Source of the DNA: an uncultured Armatimonadetes bacterium | GTDB taxonomy: Bacteria > Armatimonadota > Hebobacteria > Hebobacterales > Hebobacteraceae | Direction of reading: 5' to 3' | Length of the DNA: 64,000 nucleotides | Assembly: GCA_963716175.1 (NCBI GenBank) | Contig: OY970296.1 | Coordinates: 3,744,001-3,808,000, forward strand | Shown here: one piece after another, positions 11,015 to 21,380 of the stretch | Layout of the letters: each line of letters opens with the position of its first letter | How positions within the stretch are numbered: the stretch's first letter is position 1 | Program-made: the position numbers and the translations under genes | The notes under the pieces: model-generated | The model's database searches: none | What the model was told of the DNA's origin: nothing | Seen by the model: only the letters and a program-made list of their open reading frames with translations

Positions 11015-11940
11015 CACGTCAGCGCCAGCATTCGCTCTATTGCCCTTCTCGCCCCCACCGCCACCTGCTCCGGCACTTCGACCGGATACTTCATATCCTC
11101 CAGTGACCACAGCACCTTCTCGAGGGTGATGCGCTTCATGTTGGGGCAGGTGGCGAGGAAGCTGACCGGCAGGAAGGTCTTCTCCGGGTTCTCCAGCTTC
11201 AGCCGATGGATCAGGCCCAGCTCGGTGCCCACGATCACCTCTTGCGCCTTCGCCGACCGCGCCCACCGCATCATCTGCCCCGTGCTCAGCACCTCGTCCG
11301 CGAGATCAATCACATCGGGCGTGCACTCCGGGTGCACCACCACCACGGCCTGCGGATGCTGCTGTTTCAGCCGCTGGATGTCCTGCGCCAGAATGCGCTG
11401 GTGGGTGGGGCAGTGGCCTTCCCAGAGGATGACCTCCTTGTCGGTATGGCGCTGCACCCAGTGCCCGAGATTCCTATCGGGAAGAAACAGCACTCGCTCG
11501 TCCGGCAAGCTGTTCACGACGCTGATGGCATTGGCGGAAGTGCAGCAGATGTCGGCCTCCGCCTTCACCGCCGCGGTGGTGTTGACATAGGCCACCACCG
11601 GCACGCCTGGCAGCTCCGCCTTGCGCTTGCGCACCGCCTCCACCGGCGCCATGTCGCACATCGGGCAGCCGGCGCGGGGGTCGGGGATGAGCACGCTCCG
11701 CTGGGGGTTGAGGATCTTGGCGGTCTCGGCCATGAACATCACCCCGCAGAAGACGATCACCTCCGCCTCCACCGCGGTCGCCCGGCGGCTCAGCTCCAGC
11801 GAGTCGCCCACGAAATCCGCGATGTCCTGCACCTCGCCCAACTGGTAGTTGTGGGCGAGGATCACCGCCTTGCGCTGCTGCTTCAGGCGAGCGATGCGTT
11901 GCACCAGCTCGACGCGCGGATCAAGTGCAGTGGCAGTCAA
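11014..11940 (-). CDS. nadA: Quinolinate synthase A
   Basis: LAHNYQ, GDS, FCGV.FMAE, YVNT, HPEC, CPNMK. Confidence 0.95.
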   Translation of the reverse strand: MTATALDPRVELVQRIARLKQQRKAVILAHNYQLGEVQDIADFVGDSLELSRRATAVEAEVIVFCGVMFMAETAKILNPQRSVLIPDPRAGCPMCDMAPVEAVRKRKAELPGVPVVAYVNTTAAVKAEADICCTSANAISVVNSLPDERVLFLPDRNLGHWVQRHTDKEVILWEGHCPTHQRILAQDIQRLKQQHPQAVVVVHPECTPDVIDLADEVLSTGQMMRWARSAKAQEVIVGTELGLIHRLKLENPEKTFLPVSFLATCPNMKRITLEKVLWSLEDMKYPVEVPEQVAVGARRAIERMLALT

Positions 11941-11957
11941 CTTCGGTTACCAAGGGA

Positions 11958-11986
11958 ATTATGACTTGCTCACTCGGCGATGTCAA
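11958..11986 (-). promoter_or_regulatory. Sigma70-type promoter for nadA operon
   Basis: TTGACA-N17-CATAAT. Confidence 0.6.
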
Positions 11987-12003
11987 ACGACTCCGCGGCG
12001 TGG

Positions 12004-13017
12004 TCATCCTGACGGGGCCGCGATCTGCAGCACCGCGGCCCCACTGATCTCGTCGTGTTTGAGCCGGCGCAGGGCCTCGTTGGCTTCACCGAGGGCAAAG
12101 GACTGGGTGTGAGCGCGCAGGGGGATCTGCGCGGCCAGCCGCAGCAGCTCCCGACCGTCCTCGCGCGTGTTCGCGGTCACGCTGCGCAGCGTCCGCTCCT
12201 GGAACAGATGGCGCTCGTAGTCCAGCGCCGGAATCCCCGTGAGATAGATGCCCGCGATCGCCAGGGTGCCGCCCTTGTCGAGGGCCTCGAGCACTGGCGG
12301 AACCAGGTCTCCTACGGGCGCGAAGAGGATGGCGCTATCCAGCTTCACCGGTGGGCGGTCGCTGCCCCCGCCCACCCAGGTTGCCCCCATCTCTGTGGCC
12401 AGCGCTTGGTGCTTCACATCGCGGCTCGCCGCATACACCTCGCAGCCCCAATGGAGTGCGATCTGGATCACGATGTGCGCGGAGACGCCGAACCCATAGA
12501 GCCCGAGCCGCTGCCCTGGCTTCACCTCGCTCCGGCGCAGGGCGCGGTAGCCGATGATGCCCGCGCAGAGGAGAGGCGCGAGGGTGGCGGAGGAAAGCTC
12601 GGATGGCAGCGGGTAGGCGAAGTCCTCCCGCGCCAGCGTGAACTCGGCATAGCCGCCATCCACATCGTAGCCGGTGAACAGGGGCGAATCGCAGAGATTC
12701 TCCTGGCCTCGCCGGCAGTAGCGGCAGGTGCCATCGGTCTGATGCAGCCAGGCCACCCCGACCCAGTCACCGACCTTCAGGCGGGAGCAGCCTGAGCCCA
12801 AGTCCATCACGCGGCCAACAACCTCGTGACCCGGTATCACCGGCTGCTTGTGGGGCGGCAGCTCGCCTTCCACGATGTGCAGGTCAGTGCGGCAGACCCC
12901 ACAGAGTTCGATGCGAACCAATACCTGGCCGGGGCCGGGAGCAGGATCGGGAACCTCGCGCAGGACGAGCGGAGAGCTCTCGATCGGCCCCGGTTTCTCC
13001 AGCACCATAGCCTTCAT
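12004..13017 (-). CDS. Zinc-binding alcohol dehydrogenase family protein
   Basis: CGVCRTD, GHE, C..C....ENLC, GLYGFG. Confidence 0.9.
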   Translation of the reverse strand: MKAMVLEKPGPIESSPLVLREVPDPAPGPGQVLVRIELCGVCRTDLHIVEGELPPHKQPVIPGHEVVGRVMDLGSGCSRLKVGDWVGVAWLHQTDGTCRYCRRGQENLCDSPLFTGYDVDGGYAEFTLAREDFAYPLPSELSSATLAPLLCAGIIGYRALRRSEVKPGQRLGLYGFGVSAHIVIQIALHWGCEVYAASRDVKHQALATEMGATWVGGGSDRPPVKLDSAILFAPVGDLVPPVLEALDKGGTLAIAGIYLTGIPALDYERHLFQERTLRSVTANTREDGRELLRLAAQIPLRAHTQSFALGEANEALRRLKHDEISGAAVLQIAAPSG

Positions 13018-13056
13018 GGCGTGCCTCCCCAATCGGCGGGCGTGGGCATGGCCGCC

Positions 13057-13903
13057 CTACAGCACCACATTATCTATTAGGCGCGTGTTCCCCACAAACG
13101 CCGCCACCGCGAGCACCGCCGGCGCCTCCGCCCGCCCCACCACGGCCAGGCTCTCGGCGTCCCGCAGCTCGGCATACTGGAGCCGAACCAGTGGCTCGGC
13201 GGCGACGGTGTCCTTCACCGCGGACAACAGCGTCGCGCCGTCGCGCTCTCCCGCCTGCATTCGCCCTTTTGCTTCCGAGAGCGCCCGGTATAAGACCGCG
13301 GCGGCCTTCCTCTCCTGCGGAGACAGGTAGGCGTTGCGTGAGCTCATGGCGAGGCCGTCCGGCTCGCGCACCGTGGGCACAGGCACGATCGCGAGCGGGA
13401 GCCTGAGGTCGCGCACCATGCGCTTGATCACCTGCAACTGCTGATAGTCCTTCTCGCCGAAGTAGGCCCGGTCAGGCTGCACGATGTTGAACAGCCGCGC
13501 GCACACCGTCGTTACCCCGCGGAAGTGGCCCGGCCGGTGCGGGGCGCACATCCCCTCGACCAGGGTCCCCGTCACCTCGACGAAGGTAGCGTCACCCGCT
13601 GGGTAGATCTCTTCGACCGATGGCGCGAAACGCGAGCTTCACACCCAGCTCGCTCGCCTTCCGCACATCGCCATCGAGATCGCGGGGGTAGCGATCGAGA
13701 TCCTCGCCCGGCGGAAACTGGGTGGGGTTAACGAAGATGGTCACCACCACATAGCCGCACTCGTCCCGCGCCCGGCGCATCAGGCTCAGATGTCCCTCGT
13801 GAAGCGCGCCCATAGTGGGGACCAGACCGATAGACTGACCGGCGGCCCGGGCCTGCGCCACTCGCGCACGCACCTCTCCAATGATGGTTACGACTTCGGC
13901 CAC
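13057..13903 (-). CDS. panC: Pantoate-beta-alanine ligase (frameshift near 13600-13630)
   Basis: [18 protein letters not shown] in 13592-13903; [23 protein letters not shown] in 13057-13575. Confidence 0.92.
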
Positions 13904-14059
13904 GCGTCTCTCCTCAGCAGTTCGTGGAGGAGCCCCTGCTACTCTGCGCAGCAGCTTCGCTACTCAGCACGAGTCAGCGGGCCCCTCGATTGTCGGCAGC
14001 AGGCAAGTTTACTCGCCTTTGGCGAGCTCCTGCCCAACAGGATAGCGCAGGCGCCGCAG

Positions 14060-15238
14060 CTACTTCAGATAAGCACCTATGCTGGCGAAGTAACCCCTCC
14101 AGAAGCTGATCACCACGATCGCGATCAGCAGAGCGACGATCAGGTAGAAGCCGGTGCCCACGACCACCGCGGTCTGCTTCCCGCCCACCTCTGTCTCAGA
14201 TTCATAGTACTCGGCGATCTTCTCCAGCACCCCCTCATAGGAGCCGGTTTGCTCGGCCGCCGCCAGCAGCTCTACCGCCAACGGCGGCACCGCCCGGCTC
14301 ATCGCCACCACCTCCAGCAGACTGCGGCCGGACAGCACCCCCTGCGCCTCCCGCACCAGACTCGCCTCCATCGCCTTGTTGCCGCTGGCCGCGGCCGCCG
14401 CCACCAGCGCCTGATGCACCGGCACTCCGGCGGTGGCCAGCATCTCCAGGGCCCGCGCCCAGCGGGCAGTGGCCATCCGGCGGGCAAGACTGCCAAACCA
14501 GGGGACATAGAGCTTGACCGCGTCGATCGCTTCTGAGATAGGGCCGACGGTCCTCAGTGCTCGCCACCCATACCAGAGCAGCGTGATGGCCACCAACAGT
14601 GGCAGGGAGCGAGTCAACACCAACACCAACCAGGCGCTGAGCCCGCCGAAGAAGAGCGTCTTCGCGGTTGGTATCAGGATCAGCGCAGCCAGCAGCAGCT
14701 TGGGGTAGAAGGTCTGCCAGCGGTAGCTCTGCTCGAGTTGGAAGATCCGGTCGTAGTACTTCGCCAGGCGATCCGCGGTCAGCTCGATCATCCCCGAGGC
14801 CTCCCCGGCCTCCACCACGGCAGCGCTAGTAGGGTTAAAGGCCGAAGGATAGCGGCCCAGCACGCTCGACATGGGCCGCCCGCGGGCGGCCTCCTCCGAC
14901 ATCTCCTGCGCCGCCCGCTTCAAGGTGGGATTGCTGGTCTGCTGAGACAGCACGCGCATCGCCTGGCTCAGGTTCATCCCGGTGGCGAGCAGCACTCTCA
15001 GGGAGGTGAAGAAGATGGCCAGCGGCTTGCTGTTGACCGGGTGGAAGATCGGCCCGAGCACGCTGCGGGCGAACTCTCGCCCTTCCCTGGCTCGGCTGGC
15101 CGCTACCGGCCGGATCGCCACCACGAAGTAGCCCCGCGCCTGCAGCGCCCGCGCCACGACCTGCGCGTTCTCGCCCTCGAGCGTTCCGGTCTCGGTCTGC
15201 CCGGTCGTCTGCCGGGCCTCATAGGAGAACGTCGGCAT
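14060..15238 (-). CDS. pilC: Type IV pilus / T2SS inner-membrane platform protein (PilC/GspF)
   Basis: MPTFSYEAR start, two T2SSF repeats (GEASG, AEQTG). Confidence 0.85.
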   Translation of the reverse strand: MPTFSYEARQTTGQTETGTLEGENAQVVARALQARGYFVVAIRPVAASRAREGREFARSVLGPIFHPVNSKPLAIFFTSLRVLLATGMNLSQAMRVLSQQTSNPTLKRAAQEMSEEAARGRPMSSVLGRYPSAFNPTSAAVVEAGEASGMIELTADRLAKYYDRIFQLEQSYRWQTFYPKLLLAALILIPTAKTLFFGGLSAWLVLVLTRSLPLLVAITLLWYGWRALRTVGPISEAIDAVKLYVPWFGSLARRMATARWARALEMLATAGVPVHQALVAAAAASGNKAMEASLVREAQGVLSGRSLLEVVAMSRAVPPLAVELLAAAEQTGSYEGVLEKIAEYYESETEVGGKQTAVVVGTGFYLIVALLIAIVVISFWRGYFASIGAYLK

Positions 15239-15716
15239 CTACCTTCTGCTCTCTCCGCAATCGGGCTGCGATCTCCGCCGCCCGCTCGCCACCAGGCCCC
15301 CTGAGATCAGGGGCCAGCTCCGCCAGCGGAACCATCACGAACGCCCGCTGCCACATCTGGGGGTGAGGCAGCTCGAAGTCCTCGTCTTTCACCTGCTCGT
15401 CGCCCACCAGCAGGACATCAATGTCAATCTCCCGCGGCCCCCACTTCTCTCGCTTTATTCTCCCCAGTTGCGCCTCTATGCTCTTCACCAATCTGAGCAG
15501 TTCGCGCGCGGTCAGCTCTTCCGCGAGTTCCACCTCCACTACCAGGTTCAGGAAGCGCGGCTGCTCGGTGACGCCCACCGGGTCTGTCTGATAGACGCGT
15601 GAGGCGCGCACGAAGTTCACCCCCGGGGCGCTGCGAAGACGAGCCAGGGCATCGCGCAGGTATTGCAGGCGATCTCCCAGGTTGGACCCCAGACCCAGGA
15701 ACGCGCGCCGGCTCAT
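15219..15716 (-). CDS. folK: 2-amino-4-hydroxy-6-hydroxymethyldihydropteridine diphosphokinase
   Basis: LGLGSNLG, WGPREIDIDVL, PHP. Confidence 0.95.
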   Translation of the reverse strand: MSRRAFLGLGSNLGDRLQYLRDALARLRSAPGVNFVRASRVYQTDPVGVTEQPRFLNLVVEVELAEELTARELLRLVKSIEAQLGRIKREKWGPREIDIDVLLVGDEQVKDEDFELPHPQMWQRAFVMVPLAELAPDLRGPGGERAAEIAARLRREQKVDADVLL

Positions 15717-15765
15717 CTCGTGTCCCGCCTCCCCACAGTTGGGCAGGGGCTTGCCCCTGCCACCG

Positions 15766-17010
15766 CTACTGCTCCCGCTGGTGCGCCCACTGGTGCTCGC
15801 TGCCGGCCGGCGGCTCGTGCTTCGCCCGCACGATAGCATCGGCCACCCGCGCCACCCGCGCCATCTCCTTCACATCGTGCACGCGCACGATGTCGGCCCC
15901 GGCTGCGATGGCCAGGGCCACGGTGGCCGCCGTGCCCTCCAGCCGCTGGTCGGCCGCCACATCGCCCAGCAGCCTCCCGATGGAGGACTTGCGCGAGGTG
16001 CCAATCATCACCGGGCACCCCAGGCAGCGGAACTCACGCAGCCGCCGCAGCAACTCCAGGTTGTGCTCCACTGTCTTGCCAAACCCGAAACCCGGGTCAA
16101 CCACGATCTGATCTCGCGTCAGGCCCGCGCCCTCCGCCCGCGCGATCCCCTCCTCCAGATAGTCGCTGATCTCACCGATCACATCCGCATACTGTGGGTT
16201 CCTCTGCATGTCCCGCGGTGTGCCCAGGATGTGCATCACCACCACGGCTGCGCCCGCCTCGGCTGCGACGGCGGCCATTTGCTCATCGTGATGCAGGCCG
16301 CTGATGTCGTTAACCAGCGCAGCTCCCCGTGCCAGCGCCTCCTTCGCTACCGCCGACTTGTAGGTATCTATGGAGACCAGCGCATCTGCCTCGGCCGCCA
16401 ATCTCTCGACCACTGGCAGCACCCGCGCCAGCTCCGCTTCCAGGCTCACCGGCTCGGCGCCGGGCCGCGTGGACTCCCCGCCCACATCCAGGATGTCCGC
16501 GCCATCCGCGACCATCTGCTTGCCGAGCCTGAGGGCAGCCTCCACATTGCCGTAAAGCCCATCGCCAGAGAAGGAATCGGGCGTGACATTGATGATCGCC
16601 ATGATCAGCGTCTTCGTGCCCAGCGCCAGCTCGCGCCGCCGGCAGCGCAGCACCCGATCCATCGGCTGCAGGAAGCCCTCCAGTGCGGCGCTCATCCGCC
16701 CTCCGGCCTCGCCGCCGATTTGGGAGGCGATGGCGGCCAGCCTCTGCGCCGGGGCCATCACCACCACGTCGGTTCGCTCCGGGTCCTGGCGCCCGGCGGG
16801 CCGCGCCAGCACCGCCAGCCCGGTGGCCTCTGCTGCGGCTCGCCGCAGCCCCTGCGCCTCTTCCAGGCCAAGCGGCCCCACCAGCATCGCCCGCGCCATC
16901 CCCCGGCCCACGATGGCGCGCACCGCCTCCGCATCCGCTCCTCGCGCGTACAGCTCGGCCACCACTTCGTCGGCCGCTACCGAATCCAACACCCGCGCTC
17001 TCAACTTCAC
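15766..17010 (-). CDS. folP: Dihydropteroate synthase with N-terminal extension
   Basis: NVTPDSFS, GGESTRPG, DPGFGFGK, SRKS, RVHDV. Confidence 0.95.
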   Translation of the reverse strand: MKLRARVLDSVAADEVVAELYARGADAEAVRAIVGRGMARAMLVGPLGLEEAQGLRRAAAEATGLAVLARPAGRQDPERTDVVVMAPAQRLAAIASQIGGEAGGRMSAALEGFLQPMDRVLRCRRRELALGTKTLIMAIINVTPDSFSGDGLYGNVEAALRLGKQMVADGADILDVGGESTRPGAEPVSLEAELARVLPVVERLAAEADALVSIDTYKSAVAKEALARGAALVNDISGLHHDEQMAAVAAEAGAAVVVMHILGTPRDMQRNPQYADVIGEISDYLEEGIARAEGAGLTRDQIVVDPGFGFGKTVEHNLELLRRLREFRCLGCPVMIGTSRKSSIGRLLGDVAADQRLEGTAATVALAIAAGADIVRVHDVKEMARVARVADAIVRAKHEPPAGSEHQWAHQREQ

Positions 17011-17018
17011 GCCCCTTC

Positions 17019-17969
17019 TCACCTTCGCTCCTTCGCGGTCACGCCTTCGGCCTGCCCGGTCAGGGTTTGCCCTCTCCTCCGGTGCCCATACCCCCAGGCC
17101 CACCACCTGGGTGGGCGCAGCTTGATCGTCACCGCGCCATCCCGATCCGTTCTCATCACCTTCGCTCCCACCCGCTTCAGTTCCGCCAGCATCTGCTCCG
17201 AGGGATGGCCGAACTGGTTGTTCGCGCCCACACTGATCACGGCCAGCTCCGGCCTCGCCGCGTCCAGGAATCGCGGGATCGCCGCCCCTTCCGATCCGTG
17301 GTGGGGCACTTTCAGCACCGTGCTGCGGACGCCCTCTCCTAGCCGCGCCATGCGTTCTGCGCCGGTGCGCTCGATGTCTGCCGCGAAGAGCACGCTCATC
17401 GGCCCATCGGTCAGCCGCATCACCACCGAGTTGTTGTTGGCATCGTTCCCGGTGTCACTCAGCCTCGGGTCCGGCGGATTCAGCACCTCGACGCGAATGC
17501 CGTCACCAAGGTTGAGCCACTGCCCCTCGGTGGCACGGCGCTGAGGGATTTTCCGTTTCTGGATCTCCTCCTCCAGGCGCTGGTAGCTCTGGCTCTTCGC
17601 ATCCAGCTCCGGGTCGAGGACCAGCTTCACCGGCACGGCCTCTACCACCGCGGGCAGCCCCCCGATGTGATCGTCATGGGGATGCGTGACCACGAGCACA
17701 TCTATCTGCTTCACCCGCCGCGCCAGCAGCGCAGGCACTACCACCTCCCGCCCCACATCATACCCGCTCGCCTCCTGCCCCGGCAGGCCGCCGCCGTCAA
17801 TCAGCATCGTCCTGCCGCTCGGAGCTTGCACCAGGATACTGTCCCCCTGCCCGACATCGAGCACGGTGATGGTCAGCCCACCTGCAACCTCCCCCCACGC
17901 CACCCACCAGACGGCGATGACCGCGACGAGGAGGAGCAAGAGCAGTAGTCGTTCGCGACGAATCGTCAT
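17019..17969 (-). CDS. ComEC/Rec2-type metallo-beta-lactamase-fold nuclease, separate gene with N-terminal membrane anchor
   Basis: DVGQGD, THPHDDHIGG, NNNS, HHGS, GHP. Confidence 0.9.
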   Translation of the reverse strand: MTIRRERLLLLLLLVAVIAVWWVAWGEVAGGLTITVLDVGQGDSILVQAPSGRTMLIDGGGLPGQEASGYDVGREVVVPALLARRVKQIDVLVVTHPHDDHIGGLPAVVEAVPVKLVLDPELDAKSQSYQRLEEEIQKRKIPQRRATEGQWLNLGDGIRVEVLNPPDPRLSDTGNDANNNSVVMRLTDGPMSVLFAADIERTGAERMARLGEGVRSTVLKVPHHGSEGAAIPRFLDAARPELAVISVGANNQFGHPSEQMLAELKRVGAKVMRTDRDGAVTIKLRPPRWWAWGYGHRRRGQTLTGQAEGVTAKERR

Positions 17970-17977
17970 CTCATCAC

Positions 17978-18007
17978 TCTATCGGCGTCTATCTGCGTTC
18001 ATCAGCG
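17978..18007 (-). repeat. Three tandem 10-mers CGCTGATGAA-CGCAGATAGA-CGCCGATAGA (same family as GxxExxY flanks)
   Basis: Direct comparison with 49466-49497 and 49892-49923. Confidence 0.8.
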
Positions 18008-19628
18008 ATTGCCTTGCTCCGGCTGGCTCCGTGCCTCCGCTCGCCTCCCCAACCACCACCCCAAGCCCACCAACCCCGCATACCATCCGATTATAGCAAC
18101 CCAGCTCGGTCTTGCCGTCTCCAGCGACGCGCCGGGGATGGCAGCCACCGCGCTGCTCACCCAGATCATCCACCGAGTAGCCAGGCCGGTAACCCAACCC
18201 GGGACAGCCGCCACCCAGGGTGCGACCACGCCCAGGGCGCAGGTCGCCATGCCCGCGGCCAGCACCACCCCGGCCAGCGGCACCGCCAGCAGGTTGGCGC
18301 CCAGCCCGCCAATGGGCGCCTGGCCGTAATGCCACACCAGGATGGGGAATGTCGCCAACTGGGCCGCGATCGTCCCTGACAGCCCCAGCAGCAGCCACCG
18401 CGGAGGTCCGGGCAGCAGGCGCTCGACCTTCGGGACCAGGAAGATCAGCGCCCACACCGCGACGAACGAAAGCTCAAACCCAGGCTGGAACAGCGCCTCC
18501 GGCTGCGCCGCCAGAACCCCCAGGCCCGCCACCGCCAAGAGCGTGTAGTGGTCAACGTTCAGCCCATGCGCTCGCGCCACCGCGGGCACGCGCCGCAACA
18601 CCAGGGCCGCGCCCACCATCACTCCCATGATCGCAGCCCGGGCCACGGCCTGACCGCCCTCGGTCAGCGCTGCGTAGTAGATCACCACGAGGACCGCGAT
18701 GGCCGCGGCGCTGATTCCCGGCCAGTGCCTCACCCGACCGCGGCCACTCAGGGGCCAGGCCATCTGGCGCTCGACGCGCGACCGCCGCCAGGCCGCGCCC
18801 AGCGCGCCCGGCAGGAACACGAACCCGAACAGCATCGAGACCATAGCGCCGGACACCACCAGCAGATGGATCGTCCCCGCGCGCCGGAAGTCATCGGAGA
18901 TCTCGCTCGGCGGCGGGGTGGCATGCACCCCGAAGATCACGCTCGACGCTACCACCGCGGTTTGCTCCCCGTAGGGTCCAGGAGATGAAGTGCTCCAACA
19001 GACTCAGGGCGCGACGCTGCGCGGCATAGGCGTGAGCCGACACCACCCCGAGACGACCAGGTCCGAGCGGTTGACCGAGGCTCTCAGTCCCCACGGTCAG
19101 CACCGCCGTTACGCCGAGGGAAGCGATGCGACTTGCCTCCGCGTGGCCCCCCGGATTGCGCTCCTCCCGAGGCGCGCGCAACCGTCCCGTCAGCCGCCAG
19201 CGCTGCCCTCGCTGTACCGTGTGCGAGGACCTAAACCGGACGTACACCTGGCCTCCGACCGGCTCGGCCCGCTCTTCCTCCTCATGCTCCTCGACTGCAA
19301 GCACGAACCGCCACCAGCCATCCGAGTACTGCGGCACACCGGCCACCGTACCCACGAGTGTTTGGCCGCCAGGTGGGAGCCGAGAGACATCGGTTCCAGC
19401 CTGCGCTCCCGCAAGCTGGTAGGCCCAGCCGCCGGCCAGCGCCGCCGCGGCCAGCACCACCACTCCCGCGAACACAGGCCGACGTCGCACACCCCAGGCC
19501 ACCGCGCCCAGGGAGGCAGCGATGCCCGCGCCCCATAGGCTCGGGCGTCCGTAACCGGCGGTAAGGGCGATGCCACCAGCGAAGCCCAGCGCAATGCACA
19601 CCAGCGGCCTGTCAGTCAGGTCCCGCAT
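18002..19628 (-). CDS. comEC: ComEC DNA uptake channel (DUF4131/OB + Competence domain), frameshift near 18960-18990
   Basis: G..HLLVVSG, RAAIM, GFELSF, ANLLAVP motifs; upstream OB domain with RNPGG. Confidence 0.88.
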
Positions 19629-19768
19629 GCCAGCGCTGACCTTCTCCCGCGCCCAGGCCATCCCTCTGTCAACGCGGTCGGAGCGCCGGTGGGCCACCTC
19701 CTATCAGGGAACTCGCCCCCCTTTTGGCCTTATATAGCATCACAGTGCACAAATGCCTGTGATACGTC

Positions 19769-19796
19769 TTGACATTAGCGCAAAATGTGGCACAAT
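19769..19796 (+). promoter_or_regulatory. Probable promoter of HTH-ATPase gene
   Basis: TTGACA-N16-CACAAT in locally AT-rich divergent intergenic region. Confidence 0.5.
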
Positions 19797-19837
19797 ATGT
19801 ATTGGCTACTAATGACGCCAGGCACTGGAGGCCAGCG

Positions 19838-21355
19838 ATGACGAGGAAAAGGGCAGCTAGGGAAGAGACGAGCGAGGACATGGTCAGTCTGGACGAGGCG
19901 GCCGGCGTGCTCGGGGTGAGCCGGTCCACTCTTCAGCGGATGCTGAAGCAGGGCAACGTCCGCGGCTTCAAGGTGGGCCGCCAGTGGCGGTTTCGGCGCG
20001 GCGACCTGGACAAGTTCAGCCGCATGACGCACCCGTCGGCGGCCGCGGTGAACGTGACTGAGCTTGACAGCGCGTTCGCCGACTTCCAGGCGCAGCTGAA
20101 AGGGCCGTCCGAGTTCAAGTTCGATCCCTCCATCCCCGGCTACCCCGCCGCCGAGGAGGAGCAGGCGATTGAGCGGGCGATCAAGGCCATCCTCTTCGCG
20201 GCTGTGGCGGCCGGCGCGACTGATGTCCACATCGACGCCGAGCGCCGCGAGACCGTGGTCCGCCATCGCATAGATGGCGTGCTGCACGAGTTGATGCACA
20301 TTCCGGCCGCGGTCCACAAAGCTCTGGTAGCTGGGATCAAGGTTCATGCAGGCATACCGGTGGGTCAGCCACAGACCAACCAGGACGGGCGCTTCCGAGT
20401 GCGCTGTGACGGCAAGGAGTTCGATCTCCGCACCGCCACCATGCCGGCCATATTCGGGGAGACTGTGGTGATGAGACTTCTCGATCAGAAGGCCTATGTC
20501 CCCACCCTTGACGACCCTCACCTCGGCATGGCGGCGCGGGACCTGGAGCGGTTCAAGCGCGCCCTCGTCGCCCCCATGGGCCTGATCATCGTCTCAGGTC
20601 CCAGCGGCTGTGGGAAGACCACTCTGCTCTATGCCGGTTTGCAGCAAGTGATCGGCCCGGAGAAGAAGACCATGACGGTTGAGGACCCAGTGGAGCTCTC
20701 TTTTCACTGGGCCACTCAGGCCGCGGTGAATGTGAAAGCCGGCTTCACCTATGAGCACGCGGTCAGGGCGCTGATGCGACATGATCCGGATGTGGTTATG
20801 ATAGGGGAGCTGCGCACTCTCCCCGTGGCCGAGATGGCCTGCCAGATCGCTCTCACCGGCCACTTGGTGATGAGCGTGCTACACGCCTCCACCGCGGCGG
20901 GAGCGATTCAGCGGCTCCTCGAAATGGGTGTCGAGCCGTTCATCCTGTCGGAGAGTCTGCTCTGCGTAGTGTCCATGCGCCTTGCGCGAAGGGTCTGCCC
21001 GGAGTGCGCCCAGCCTGATCAGCCACCGTTCCACCTGCTCTCCCCGTTAGCCGAGCGCGCCCGCGCCGGGGGATATGAGCTGCCGGAGGCCCCGGAGTTC
21101 CTGAAGGGAGCGGGCTGTGAGCACTGCCGCGGCGGTGGCTACCGCAACCGCATGGGGCTTTACGAAGTAATGGAACACAGCCCGGAGATTGATCGCCTGA
21201 TCGTCTCCCGCGCCCCGGCCGAGGCGATTCGCGACGCGGCCGTCAAGACTGGCATGACTACCCTCACTGCCGACGGCTTACGCAAGGCCGCCGAGGGGAT
21301 CACCACGGTGGCGGAAGTGGCGCGGCTGCTTCCCCCTGGCCAGCCCGAGGCTTGA
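19838..21355 (+). CDS. GspE/PilB-family secretion ATPase with N-terminal excisionase-like HTH (HTH_17)
   Basis: SLDEAAGVLGVSRSTL..M...G...GFKVGRQWRF; ATDVHID; Walker A GPSGCGKT; VEDPVE; DPDVVMIGE; GH...LHA; CPEC/CEHC; RBS GGAG before ATG 19838. Confidence 0.9.
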   Translation: MTRKRAAREETSEDMVSLDEAAGVLGVSRSTLQRMLKQGNVRGFKVGRQWRFRRGDLDKFSRMTHPSAAAVNVTELDSAFADFQAQLKGPSEFKFDPSIPGYPAAEEEQAIERAIKAILFAAVAAGATDVHIDAERRETVVRHRIDGVLHELMHIPAAVHKALVAGIKVHAGIPVGQPQTNQDGRFRVRCDGKEFDLRTATMPAIFGETVVMRLLDQKAYVPTLDDPHLGMAARDLERFKRALVAPMGLIIVSGPSGCGKTTLLYAGLQQVIGPEKKTMTVEDPVELSFHWATQAAVNVKAGFTYEHAVRALMRHDPDVVMIGELRTLPVAEMACQIALTGHLVMSVLHASTAAGAIQRLLEMGVEPFILSESLLCVVSMRLARRVCPECAQPDQPPFHLLSPLAERARAGGYELPEAPEFLKGAGCEHCRGGGYRNRMGLYEVMEHSPEIDRLIVSRAPAEAIRDAAVKTGMTTLTADGLRKAAEGITTVAEVARLLPPGQPEA

Positions 21356-21380
21356 CAACGAAGGAGGGCTGTGATAGCGT
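21352..21380 (+). promoter_or_regulatory. Sigma70-type promoter for ABC transporter
   Basis: TTGACA-N17-TAGCGT with extended TG. Confidence 0.55.

Noticed and set aside
11005-11030. nadC start MNAD resembling the GxxExxY repeat unit
   Set aside because: Single unit only; could be chance
16620-17010. N-terminal extension of FolP
   Set aside because: Similar extensions are already known in long-form FolP proteins; not considered novel
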